DNA of 64,000 nucleotides from Spirochaetia bacterium (GTDB taxonomy: Bacteria; Spirochaetota; Spirochaetia; SZUA-6; Bin103), in contig CBDBOV010000006.1 of NCBI GenBank assembly GCA_965208575.1, positions 928,001 to 992,000 of the forward strand, given 5' to 3'. The notes beneath the pieces were generated by a model. It ran no database searches. It worked only from the letters and a program-made list of their open reading frames with translations, and was not told where the DNA came from. Made by a program: the position numbers and the translations under genes. Positions 19,326 through 29,169 of the stretch are shown here, piece after piece. Positions within the stretch are counted from its first letter, which is position 1, and each line of letters begins with the position of its first letter.

Positions 19326-21122
19326 ATGAAGATATGTTTCACAAGGACCTTCGCGATTGCGATGGTCCTGATTCTGAGCGCGACCGGCCTCTGGGCCACT
19401 GGCGCAGAAGAGGCGCCGGCAGCCGCTGCCGACAAGAATTATGTGACCGACCCCGCCACCGGCAAGGTGGTGACCGCGCCCGAGTATGGCGCGACATTAA
19501 CCTATCCCGACCTGTCAAAGGCCGAGACTACTGACCCCTTTATTACTGGCCACCCTGCGACCCGTTTCATTGGTAGCGTTAATGAGAAGCTCGCCTGGGG
19601 GGACTGGTCAATAGATAGGGACCTGTGGGACTTTACAACCAATTTCAGCTATCCCACTGTTGCCACTACAGGGGGTCTGGCGGAAAGCTGGGAGCAGCCC
19701 GACGACACGACGATCGTCGTCCACGTCCGCCCGGGCGTTCACTGGCATGATAAGCCACCGATGAACGGTCGGGAGCTAACTGCCGATGATGTCGTGTATA
19801 CCTTTCAGCGTAATACCGTTCAGGGCGACTTCACCGAACGTCCCCTCAAGACTTACGAGTTGATCAACCTGCCATGGGAATCGATAGAGGCCACCGACAA
19901 GTATACGGTTGTCTTCAAGCTGAAGGAGCCATATCTCGGTGCGCTGAAGGCCATCCTCAGCGACATACAGGGTTGGATATTACCCCCCGAGGTAATTGAG
20001 CAATACGGCGACTATGCGGATTGGAGGAACGTGGTCGGCACCGGGTCCATTATGCTGACTGACTATGTCGAAGGCGTCTCTATTACCTGGGACAAGAATC
20101 CTGACTACTGGGGCTACGACCCAAAATACCCGGAGAACCGCTTGCCCTATATTGATCAGTTAAGGCTCCTGTACATGCCAGAAGAATCAACACGTCTATC
20201 GGCACTACGCACGGGTCAGATTGATATGATACATGCCGGCACGGCGGCGGTAAATACCCTCGACGTGGTAAAGAGCCTGCAGCGGACCAACCCCGAAGTT
20301 CAGGTGACCGGTTATTTCATGCGAGCGGTTGGGAGTTTCGGTCTGAACGTACACAAGCCGCCCTTTGACGACGTCAGGGTTCGCCACGCACTGCAGATGG
20401 CGCTGGACCTCGAGACGATCAACGATACCTACTTTGGCGGTTACGCAAAGTGGGAACCCATGGGGATGATAGGGTATGCCCTCCCGGAGTATTACACCCC
20501 ATTTGAAGATTTTCCCGAAGAGGTCAAGCAATACTACAGGTATGACCCGGAAGGTGCCGAGAAGCTCCTTGATGCGGCTGGATATCCGCGCGGCGCGGAC
20601 GGCGTTCGATTCAAGGTCAACTATGACCACGTCATCGCCGATGATTTAGGCTATGCAGAAATAGCTGTCGGCTACTGGGATGCGATTGGCGTTGATGTAG
20701 AGATCGATATGTATGACGGGCCTACTTGGTACAATCGTAGAAACGACGGTATTTATCACATGACCCTTGGCGACATGGGCTTTAATCTCAGCCCTTCAAT
20801 GTTGATAGGCTGGTATCGTGGGGGTGGACATGTCCGCCATTACATGGGCGGCGATGTCGACACCCCTGAGATGACCGCCGCCTATGAAGCCTTTTTCGCC
20901 GCTACCACCGTTGAGGAGCAGCAGAGGGCATTTAAGGAGTTTGACATGGCCATAATAAAGCACCACAATCAGATATATAGTCCTATGCGTCCAAGGTATC
21001 AGGTGGCGCAGCCGTGGGTCAAAGGTTATAACGGAGAATGGGAGCTGGAAATTGCGGGAGAACGTAGCGTCCTCATCCACCTTTGGATTGACCAAGATCT
21101 AAAGGAAGAAATGGGATTCTGA
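19326..21122 (+). CDS. ABC substrate-binding protein, family 5
   Basis: Family motifs, signal peptide. Confidence 0.95.
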   Translation: MKICFTRTFAIAMVLILSATGLWATGAEEAPAAAADKNYVTDPATGKVVTAPEYGATLTYPDLSKAETTDPFITGHPATRFIGSVNEKLAWGDWSIDRDLWDFTTNFSYPTVATTGGLAESWEQPDDTTIVVHVRPGVHWHDKPPMNGRELTADDVVYTFQRNTVQGDFTERPLKTYELINLPWESIEATDKYTVVFKLKEPYLGALKAILSDIQGWILPPEVIEQYGDYADWRNVVGTGSIMLTDYVEGVSITWDKNPDYWGYDPKYPENRLPYIDQLRLLYMPEESTRLSALRTGQIDMIHAGTAAVNTLDVVKSLQRTNPEVQVTGYFMRAVGSFGLNVHKPPFDDVRVRHALQMALDLETINDTYFGGYAKWEPMGMIGYALPEYYTPFEDFPEEVKQYYRYDPEGAEKLLDAAGYPRGADGVRFKVNYDHVIADDLGYAEIAVGYWDAIGVDVEIDMYDGPTWYNRRNDGIYHMTLGDMGFNLSPSMLIGWYRGGGHVRHYMGGDVDTPEMTAAYEAFFAATTVEEQQRAFKEFDMAIIKHHNQIYSPMRPRYQVAQPWVKGYNGEWELEIAGERSVLIHLWIDQDLKEEMGF

Positions 21123-21153
21123 GCAAGCCCATTGCCCTTGGGCGAGTGAAACT

Positions 21154-21202
21154 AAGGGCGCCGGGAGAACGGTTCCGACCGCGCTTCCCGGCGCCCTTTT
21201 TT
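21154..21202 (+). terminator. Rho-independent terminator-like hairpin between SBP and dppB
   Basis: aagggcgccggga..tcccggcgccc followed by T6; related hairpin at ~37955. Confidence 0.7.
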
Positions 21203-21213
21203 GTCACGAAGAA

Positions 21214-22170
21214 ATGAGAGCCTACATCATCCGGCGGCTGCTGCTGGTCATCCCCACGTTGTTCATTCTGAGCGTTTTGGTGTTCCTGTCGGTGCGCTTC
21301 ATCCCAGGCGACGTCATCGGCGCCATGGCAAGCCGTATGTTGTCCGTGGGCGGCGCTGTTGACCGTGAAGCTCTTGAGCGCATGCTGGGATTGGACGTGC
21401 CTGTCTACGTACAGTATGGACGATGGATCGGAGATGTTTTGCTGCGCGGCACGCTCGGCGAGTCGCTACTTGGCGGTTGGCGCATCGAGGAGCGCATGCT
21501 GGGACGACTGCCGGTCACCGCCGAGCTCGGGCTGCTGGCCATCCTCATCGGACTGGTCATCGCGCTGCCGGTAGGCATCTACTCGGCGGTGCGCCAGTAC
21601 ACCGCCGCCGACTACGTGGGACGGTCGGTCGCCATCATGGGACTGGCGACACCCAACTTCTGGCTGGGAACGATGGTGATGATCTACCCGGCCATCTGGT
21701 GGGCGTGGGCGCCACCGATGGAGCTGATCCCGTTCGCCCAGGACCCGCTCGGCAACCTCGGCATGTTCCTCATCCCCAGCCTGATCCTGGGCACCTACCT
21801 GGCAGCCAGCACCATGCGCATGACGCGCACCATGATGCTGGAGGTGCTGCGCCAGGACTACATTCGCACCGCCTGGGCCAAGGGTCTGCTGGAGCGGTCG
21901 GTGATCCTGCGCCACGCCGTCAGGAACGCCATCATCCCGGTGGTGACGCTGGTGGGTATGCAGCTGCCGATCCTGGTGGGCGGCTCGGTCATCATCGAGA
22001 ACATCTTCAACCTGCCGGGGCTGGGGCGGCTGATGCTGGACGCGCTTAATGACCGCGACTACCCGGTGGTGTCCGCGGTGAATCTGTTCTTCGCCACGGT
22101 GGTGGTGTTCGTCAACCTGCTGACCGATCTGCTGTACGCGTCGCTGGACCCGCGGATTCGCTACGAATGA
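21214..22170 (+). CDS. ABC permease DppB-like (GC mosaic)
   Basis: Family motifs. Confidence 0.95.
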   Translation: MRAYIIRRLLLVIPTLFILSVLVFLSVRFIPGDVIGAMASRMLSVGGAVDREALERMLGLDVPVYVQYGRWIGDVLLRGTLGESLLGGWRIEERMLGRLPVTAELGLLAILIGLVIALPVGIYSAVRQYTAADYVGRSVAIMGLATPNFWLGTMVMIYPAIWWAWAPPMELIPFAQDPLGNLGMFLIPSLILGTYLAASTMRMTRTMMLEVLRQDYIRTAWAKGLLERSVILRHAVRNAIIPVVTLVGMQLPILVGGSVIIENIFNLPGLGRLMLDALNDRDYPVVSAVNLFFATVVVFVNLLTDLLYASLDPRIRYE

Positions 22171-22244
22171 GGCAATGAGGCAGTGAGGGAAGCCCGTGGG
22201 TGACGTATCACAACTGACGCCCGCCGGCGCCGAGCCGGCCGGCG

Positions 22245-22569
22245 TCTGCTGCGCCACGTGCTGCCCAACATCGCGGCGCCCATCATCATCATCTTCAGCA
22301 TCAACGTCGGCGGGGTGATCATGGCGGAGGCGGCGCTGAGCTTTCTGGGCTTCGGACTGCCGCCGGACATTCCGAGCTGGGGCGGCATGCTCAGCCGCGA
22401 GGGGCGGAAGTACATGGAGATGGCGCCGCATCTGGCGTTGTGGCCGGGGCTGTGCCTGACCGTCGTCGTCTACAGCCTCAACATGTTCGGCGACGCGGTG
22501 CGCGACTTGCTCGACCCGCGGCTGCGCGGCCGCCTCGGCGCGGCCATAGGCCAGCTGACCCCGGGCTGA
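22245..22569 (+). pseudogene. dppC 3' fragment
   Basis: RHVLPNIAAP..GDAVRDLLDPRLRG; 5' two-thirds missing. Confidence 0.85.
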
Positions 22570-22631
22570 CACGTCGGTGACACGCCCTGGCCATGGAGGC
22601 GTTGGACGCTCAGTTTTCGCAGCAGCAATTC

Positions 22632-22770
22632 AGCGTTCCGGGCGCGCCTCCGGAGTTGCCGACCGGCTCCCAGCCCACGACGTCCTGTCGCGGGCCGGGA
22701 GCTACATGCCACCCGTGGGGCCATGGAGGGTGCCTCGGGTGGAGGTCACGCTGCATAAGACGTGATACCG
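22632..22770 (+). repeat. ~140-bp inter-cassette repeat (other copies ~30220-30365 -, ~35385-35480 +, ~39985-40100 -)
   Basis: gcgttccgggcgcgcctccggagttgcc..ggctcccagcccacgacg..gctacatgc..ggaggtcac shared. Confidence 0.75.
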
Positions 22771-22787
22771 GGGGGGTGCCGGTCGGC

Positions 22788-23180
22788 GCTGTTGACAGGG
22801 TGGCCGCGCTCGCAAGAGAGTGCACCGTTAGGGGTTCGGCGAATGCAGATGATGCGCCCCGACGACCGCCAGCGCGGTGGCCGGTGATGTTCGGTGACGT
22901 CGGTGACGTCGGTGACGTCGGTGACGTCCGAGTCGTTGACAGGATGGCCGCGTCCATAGCAAGCTTGCCTCGCCTCGGCTTCGACGGATCGATGATGACG
23001 CGCCATGACGACAGTCAGCGCAGTGACCGGTTGGCGGTGACGTTCGGTGACCGCCGAGTCGTTGACAGGCGCGCCGCGCCTATGCTATCGTGCCTCACTT
23101 GGGGTTTCGACGGATGGTCATGAAGGGTCACGATGACAGGCAGCGCAGTGACCGGTTGGTTGTGGCGCAGCCAGTGCATC
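22788..23180 (+). repeat. Three tandem promoter units (TTGACA at 22792, 22936, 23062)
   Basis: Spacings 144 and 126 bp; the 18-bp excess equals two extra CGGTGACGT 9-mers. Confidence 0.8.
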
Positions 23181-23559
23181 CTGCTACCCCCCCCCCCACT
23201 TTTTCGAACCGAGAAACAACTAACCGCTCCGGCTGATCGCCGCGCACGCGGCCCCGCGCACGCCGTCGCCTTCTCCACCGCCGTAGCTGTCGGTGGCGCC
23301 GGCTCGGTCGATCGCCAGACCGCCCGCACCCATCCCGTCGACTCAGGCGGTGCCGGATCCCCGCCTGCGACTAACTGCGCGCAAAACCCTCCGCCTGCGT
23401 TGGCGGCCATTCAGACTCACTGCTGCTCAGACCACCGCCACGCGTGGCGTTGTAACGCAGATCCCGACGTAGATCTAGAGAAGAGTTGGAGTAGGGATGA
23501 CCATCGCTGATCACCCCCTCCACAGATCCCGGCGAGCGGGACTACCGCACCGGGCTCCT

Positions 23560-24803
23560 GCCTCAGGGATGACGCCAAGGCGGTGCAAGGGATAGGGATG
23601 GCACCCTCGGGGCGGTGGCAACCAGTGGTCAAGCAGGCGGCTCATCCGCTCCCAGGTAAGCCGGGTTTTCTGACTGCGCCGCCGCATCGACCGATACCAG
23701 AGCCGACCAACCCGGACGCGGAACAGGCGGAGTGCGCGGGAGTTCGTGGGCACCCCGTATTAACGCAGGTGCCCACTCACAACCGAGCGCAGCCAGCTTC
23801 CCACCTCCGGGACCGGATCGTGCAGGCGCCGCCGAAGCTCGGTCTTCACCAGCCAGCCGTGGTCGATGGCATCGAAGAACCCACGGATGTCCATGTCGAG
23901 CACCCAGGTCACCTTCCGTGTCAGCAGGCCCACATAGAGCGCGTCCAACGCATTGTGCTGGCTGCGCCCCGGTCGGAACCCGTAACTGAACCCGAGGAAG
24001 TCGGTCTCGTAGATGGTGTTCAGCACCTCGACTGTCGCACGCTGGACGATCTTGTCTTCCAGCGCCGTCACGCCGAGCGGTCGTTGCCGCCCGTCGCTCT
24101 TGGGGACGAACACCCTCCGCACCGGCTTCGCCCGGTACGCTCCTCGCTTGAGCCGTCCGGAGAGGTCCAGGAGGTTGCCCTCCAGGTCCCTTCCGTGCTG
24201 CCGCCACGTCACCCGGTCCACGCCCGGCGCGGCTTCCCGCCCCCGGCGGAAGTACGCCTCCCGGAGGATCGCGGGGTTGTCGACGTGGTGCATGAGCGCG
24301 GTGAACCGCAGCGTCCTATCCCGTCGCGCTGCTTGACGTATCCGCTCCAGCGCACTGTGCACGCCCTAGCAGCCGGTGGCGAAACTCCAGCTGCATTCGA
24401 GCGGCGAATGCATCCCGGCTGGCTGCGTTGCTCCTCGCTCACATATGGCCGATATGCTCGTTCGTCGCGCCTTGCCAGCCGGGCGCCTCGCCGCTCTCGG
24501 TGCGACGCCGGGTTCCGCCACGGGCTGCTAGTGCCGGCGCGGTGTCCGGGGCGCGCTTTGCTGGTGCGGATTCCCTTTGGCCAGGCCCCTTCCCTCCACC
24601 CGCTCCGCGGTTGGGGCGCTACCGGCCGGCGTGGCCGTAGGTGCTCCCTTGGCTGTGTCCGGCGTTTCCGCCTGCGTGCCCGTGTAGGGTTCACCATAGC
24701 CGCGCCGCCTGCGGCAGCTCCCGTCCTTGTTCGCGGGTTTCCCAGGTACCCCGAAGGGCGGCCGGCAGGCCGGGGGCCTGTCCGACTTCCCAGCGCCGTT
24801 CAT
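23560..24803 (-). pseudogene. ltrA: Group II intron RT/maturase pseudogene
   Basis: MNGAGKSD..AKGN, AAPGVD, PKSDGRQRPLG..EDKIVQ, SYGFRPGR, DIRGFFD; deletion removes PQG/YADD region; X-domain HPYP in another frame; MITE insertion. Confidence 0.88.
24366..24531. mobile_element. MITE with ~20-bp terminal inverted repeats and CTAG ends, inside intron ORF
   Basis: ctagcagccggtggcgaaac / gttccgccacgggctgctag (2 mismatches); internally palindromic. Confidence 0.8.
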
Positions 24804-25166
24804 CGTCGGCGTCCGTCCTTCGACTTCCCGACACGGCCTGCGGCGCCATCCGCCACCGGCGAAGCTGGGATCTCCCGGCTCCCGCGCAAGGTGTTTCCGT
24901 ACGTGCCCGGGGTCTGTGACCGCGCAGGGTCCCGTGGCGCCTCGCGATATCGGCGTCCCGGGTGTGGCCTTCCGCATCCTCCTACGGCGTCGGCACCCCA
25001 AAGTAATCTCTTTCGCGGCTCGATACCCGGCCCGCACGTACCCCTGTCAACGCGTCACCCCCGCCCTCGCGGGCGACGGCGCATGACTCGGGGCCGCCGT
25101 GGGTCGCTAACCCTTCGACGTATGACTCTTCCATTCACAACACCTTGCCGGTTTGTGCCGGCGCAC

Positions 25167-25334
25167 AGGAGGTTCGAATGATACTCAAAGAGCCGCACGT
25201 GCGCGCGGCGTGAGCCGGGGTGAACCCGGATGAGTCACACGCCGCGCGCTCTTAGTGAATTTGACTCAGACTGGCCGTCTGCGTTGCGGGCATGAGAGTA
25301 GCCAGGGAGCGGCAAGTCGCTCCGCAATACTCTC
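25167..25334 (+). promoter_or_regulatory. Type-A SBP leader, copy 4 (uORF MILKEPHVRAA* at 25178-25213)
   Basis: AGGAGG + uORF; GAGAGTA 25294 / TACTCTC 25328. Confidence 0.8.
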
Positions 25335-25358
25335 GAGAATCAAGATCCGGAGTTACGC

Positions 25359-27161
25359 ATGAAGTTTGTAAAAATTAGAATGACCTTCGCGTTTGCGTTG
25401 GTCCTCGTAATGACCGCAACCGGCCTCTGGGCCGCTGGCGCAGAAGAGGAGCCGGCAGCCGCTGCCGACAAGAAGTATGTGACCGACCCCTCCACCGGCA
25501 AGGCGGTGGTGGCGCCAGAGTATGGCGGGACATTGACCTACGCCTCGCATAATATAGTTCCGCATACTGACGCCTATTTCCATCACCACCCGGGAGAACA
25601 TGTCTCCAGTGTTGTAGAGAAGCTTACTATGCTGGACTGGGCAGCGCCCAGGGACGTATTCAACATTAGAACACATACTTCAACCGCGCCTCTGTCTCTC
25701 TATAAAGGGCACCTGGCGGAGAGTTGGGAAAAGCCCGACGACACAACATTTATCTTCCACATCCGCAAGGGCGTTCACTGGCATAATAAGCCACCGATGA
25801 ACGGTCGGGAGCTGACTGCCGATGATGTGGTATATAACTATCACCGTATGACGGGTCTGGGCAGCGGCTTCACGGAACCCAGCCCCACTTGGACCGCAAA
25901 TTTGTACCTGGTCGAATCGATAACGGCCACCGACAAATATACGGTCGTCTTCAAGCAGACGAAGGTAGACCCCACTGCGCTGTTTACTTTCACTCAACAC
26001 ATGAATTGGATATACCCCCCCGAGGTCATCAAGCAACACGGCGACATGAAGGATTGGAGGAACTTGGTTGGCACGGGGCCCTATGAGCTGACTGACTGGG
26101 TCGAGGGCAGCTCTGTCACCTGGACCAAGAATCCCGACTATTGGGGATTCGATGAAAAATACCCACAGAACCGCTTGCCCTACGTTGACAGTGTAACGAA
26201 GCTGATTATGCCAGACGCGGCAACACGGCTGGCGGCACTGCGCTCGGGAAAGGTTGATGCCCTGGGTATGCCTTTCGGCGACAGTCAATTAGGGTCTATC
26301 GACCAGGTAGATAGCCTCAAGCGGACCAATCCCGAAATCGTGCTGGAGCCGATGTCATATCGGTCGGAAACGTCTTGGGTTGTTAACCCGAATGTACCAC
26401 CCTTTGACGACAACCGGGTGCGCCACGCACTGCAGATGGCACTGGACCTTGATTCAATTAACAATACCTACTGGAAGGGTTTTGCAGAAACGACACCTAT
26501 GGGGTATTTGGGGAGTGGTTTGGTCGGGTATGTCACCCCGTTCGAAGATTGGCCTAAAGAGATCAAGCAATACTACAGGTATGACCCGGAAGGGGCTGAG
26601 AAGCTCCTGGATGAGGCTGGTTATCCCCGCGGCGCGGACGGCATTAGATTCAAGACCGTTCTGGATGTGAGCGTACCATGGCAGGTTGCAGCCTATCACG
26701 AATTAGCTGCCTCCTACTGGGATGCGATTGGCGTTGATGTAGAGATTGTGGAGAACGACGGCCCTACTGTCCGTGCGAAGCGAAAGGAAGGTACTTTTGA
26801 GATTCAGGCTTTTATTTCGGGGAACGACTGGGACCCCCTGGAGCAGATTAAGCAGTTTTACACTCCTGCTGCTTCACCGTATAATACTCCCAACGTAAAG
26901 GATCCGGCTTATGACGCCCTGGTTGCACCGGTCTTAGCCGCCGATACCATTGAGGAGCGGCAGAGGCTGATTAAACCGGTAGAAAAGTACATTAATGAAC
27001 AGCACTGGTATATATGGGGTAGTCGAGTTCCACAGTTTCACGCGCTCCAGCCGTGGGTTATAGGTTACAACGGTGAAACCGGCCTGGGAGACATGGACCG
27101 TGTGGTCCTCCTTGCCCGCCTCTGGATTGATAGTGAGCTGAAGGAAGCAATGGGTCATTAG
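25359..27161 (+). CDS. ABC substrate-binding protein, family 5
   Basis: Family motifs. Confidence 0.95.
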   Translation: MKFVKIRMTFAFALVLVMTATGLWAAGAEEEPAAAADKKYVTDPSTGKAVVAPEYGGTLTYASHNIVPHTDAYFHHHPGEHVSSVVEKLTMLDWAAPRDVFNIRTHTSTAPLSLYKGHLAESWEKPDDTTFIFHIRKGVHWHNKPPMNGRELTADDVVYNYHRMTGLGSGFTEPSPTWTANLYLVESITATDKYTVVFKQTKVDPTALFTFTQHMNWIYPPEVIKQHGDMKDWRNLVGTGPYELTDWVEGSSVTWTKNPDYWGFDEKYPQNRLPYVDSVTKLIMPDAATRLAALRSGKVDALGMPFGDSQLGSIDQVDSLKRTNPEIVLEPMSYRSETSWVVNPNVPPFDDNRVRHALQMALDLDSINNTYWKGFAETTPMGYLGSGLVGYVTPFEDWPKEIKQYYRYDPEGAEKLLDEAGYPRGADGIRFKTVLDVSVPWQVAAYHELAASYWDAIGVDVEIVENDGPTVRAKRKEGTFEIQAFISGNDWDPLEQIKQFYTPAASPYNTPNVKDPAYDALVAPVLAADTIEERQRLIKPVEKYINEQHWYIWGSRVPQFHALQPWVIGYNGETGLGDMDRVVLLARLWIDSELKEAMGH

Positions 27162-27168
27162 GGGTTTT

Positions 27169-27754
27169 GAGCAGCCGACAAGACTGCATTCCAGCCGGGG
27201 AAGGACCGGCCGTACCAATTGCCCGGTTCGGGTACGTAGTGATGCCACAGTTCGTGTTGGGTAACCGCACTATAGCTGCGTGGTGTATAAGGCCCTGCCG
27301 CTTTGTCAGGCACAGGACTGCAAGGTGGGGGCATCCAGAGGGTCGAGCGAGCACAGGAGCCTGAACATAAAGGAATGTCTGCAGCCCCGAAATATGACCC
27401 CCGGCGAACGATGCTGTCCGGGACCCTTTGGTGTGCCGAGCACGTAAGCCCTATTGCGAGGCCGACGCTCTTCGTGAAGAAACGGGTACATGCCGCGAAG
27501 AGACACTACGGGGTACCGGCGGGGTTAGGGGCGTATGCGTGCCAGCGCTTGAGCTTCGGCCCCGTCGGGAAGGTCCATCGGGGAAAGTGGGCATGGCCGC
27601 CAACCGGACTCGAGAAATTCGACCGTCCGGGATGAGAGGGGGGCTTCGCGGAAACGTGGACTATGGTGGAACTAGGATCCTGCCTCGCAATCGAAAGAGC
27701 TGGGTGGTTATGAATCTCTGCCTACGGCTGCGCGCGCCGCGATTCTACCCGGCC
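27169..27754 (+). ncRNA. ORF-less group II intron-like element with variant domain V
   Basis: DV-like aaccggactcgagaaattcgaccgtccggga (~27601-27633) followed by purine run, long DVI-like region and ctAcccggcc; absent from paralogous 3' UTRs. Confidence 0.65.
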
Positions 27755-27879
27755 ACCCCTTATGGCTGAGCTCAGGGAAAAAGGGAGCTGGGGAGGCTCA
27801 GGCTTCCCAGCTCCCGATTTTGATTAACCAACTGAACAGAGAATGGCGGGACTTGTATGACGAATTATGACGAATAGGG

Positions 27880-28130
27880 ACGCCATTGCGAGGAGTCCCT
27901 TCTTACTGTCTTTGCGAGTCCTTCCCAGAAGGACGATGAAGTAATCTTGGAGGCGATGAGATTGCCGCGCTGCGCTCGCATTGACGGAGGAAAGGGGGCG
28001 ACGAGATTGCCACGCCCTACCGTACTGTCATTGCGAGGAGCCTCAGCGACGAAGCAATCTGGTGGAGAAGCGACGGGATTGCCACGCCTTCGGCTTGTCC
28101 TGAACGAAGTTAAGGGGCTCGCAATGACAA
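27880..28130. repeat. Cluster of REP-like palindromes (gtcattgcgag..gaagcaatct / gagattgcc..ctcgcaatgac)
   Basis: Read directly; single units also at ~10678-10714 and ~17403-17440. Confidence 0.7.
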
Positions 28131-28143
28131 GGAATACAGTGAC

Positions 28144-29151
28144 ATGAGAGCCTATATCATCAGGCGGTTATTGCTGATAATCCCCACCCTGTTTATATTG
28201 AGCACGCTGGTCTTTCTCTCGGTCCGCTTCATCCCGGGGGATGTAATAGACGTAATGTTGGAGAGGATGATGATGTGGGGTTTCGGGGGGGATCATGTTG
28301 ACCGTGAAGTGCTTGAGCGTATGCTGGGTTTGGACGTGCCCGTCCACGTGCAGTATGGACGCTGGATAGGAGTGTTGCCGACCCCTGACTGGGTTACCGG
28401 TGAGTCCCACTTTAACGGTCTCCTCCAGGGCACCCTTGGCAACTCACTGCTTGGCGATTGGACGGTAGAGGAGAAGATAATAGGTAGATTGCCGGTAACC
28501 ATTGAGCTCGGTGTCATGGCCATCGTAATCGGGCTCGTCATAGCCCTGCCGATCGGCATCTACTCGGCGATTCGCCAGGATACCGCCGCCGACTACGCAG
28601 GACGCTTCATCGCCATCATCGGGCTGGCCACGCCTAACTTCTGGCTGGCACTTATGGTCATGATCTACCCGGCAATCTGGTGGGGCTGGTCGCCACCGAT
28701 GAGGTGGGTTCCTTTCACGGAAGACCCGCTGGGGAATCTCGGGGTGCTCATCATTCCCAGCCTGATTCTGGGGACGGCCACGGCTGCAGCCACCATGCGG
28801 ATGACGCGCACTATGATGCTGGAGGTGCTCAGGCAGGACTATATCAGGACCGCCTGGTCCAAGGGACTCAACGAGAGGGTAGTTGTTATGAGACACGCCA
28901 TCAAGAATGCCCTCACCCCGGTCGTAACCCTGATAGGCCTGCAGTTGCCTATCCTGGTAGGTGGCGCCGTTATCATGGAGAACATATTCAACCTGCCGGG
29001 GCTAGGTCGTCTCTTGCTGAAGGCACTCACTGATAGAGACTACCCGGTGGTCTCCGGAATAAACCTGTTTTTCGCCACCGCGGTTGTAGGAATAAATCTA
29101 ATGATAGACATGATTTATCCTTATTTAGACCCCAGGGTACGCTATAGATAA
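28144..29151 (+). CDS. ABC permease DppB-like
   Basis: Family motifs. Confidence 0.95.
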   Translation: MRAYIIRRLLLIIPTLFILSTLVFLSVRFIPGDVIDVMLERMMMWGFGGDHVDREVLERMLGLDVPVHVQYGRWIGVLPTPDWVTGESHFNGLLQGTLGNSLLGDWTVEEKIIGRLPVTIELGVMAIVIGLVIALPIGIYSAIRQDTAADYAGRFIAIIGLATPNFWLALMVMIYPAIWWGWSPPMRWVPFTEDPLGNLGVLIIPSLILGTATAAATMRMTRTMMLEVLRQDYIRTAWSKGLNERVVVMRHAIKNALTPVVTLIGLQLPILVGGAVIMENIFNLPGLGRLLLKALTDRDYPVVSGINLFFATAVVGINLMIDMIYPYLDPRVRYR

Positions 29152-29169
29152 AGGAAGAAAAACGGGAAT

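Larger units (their letters stand above)
23485..25166 (-). mobile_element. Group II intron (IIB-like) with defective intron-encoded RT
   Basis: 5' GTGCG at 25166; DV gagcccggtgcggtagtcccgctcgccgggatc; DVI ending ctActccaac at 23485; RT motifs. Confidence 0.9.

Noticed and set aside
22788-23180. CRISPR array
   Set aside because: Units are ~126 bp, homologous along their length, with no unique spacers and no cas genes
23560-24803. RT next to many variable paralogs as a diversity-generating retroelement
   Set aside because: The RT lies within a recognisable group II intron and lacks YADD; I saw no TR/VR pair, and paralog differences are not adenine-specific
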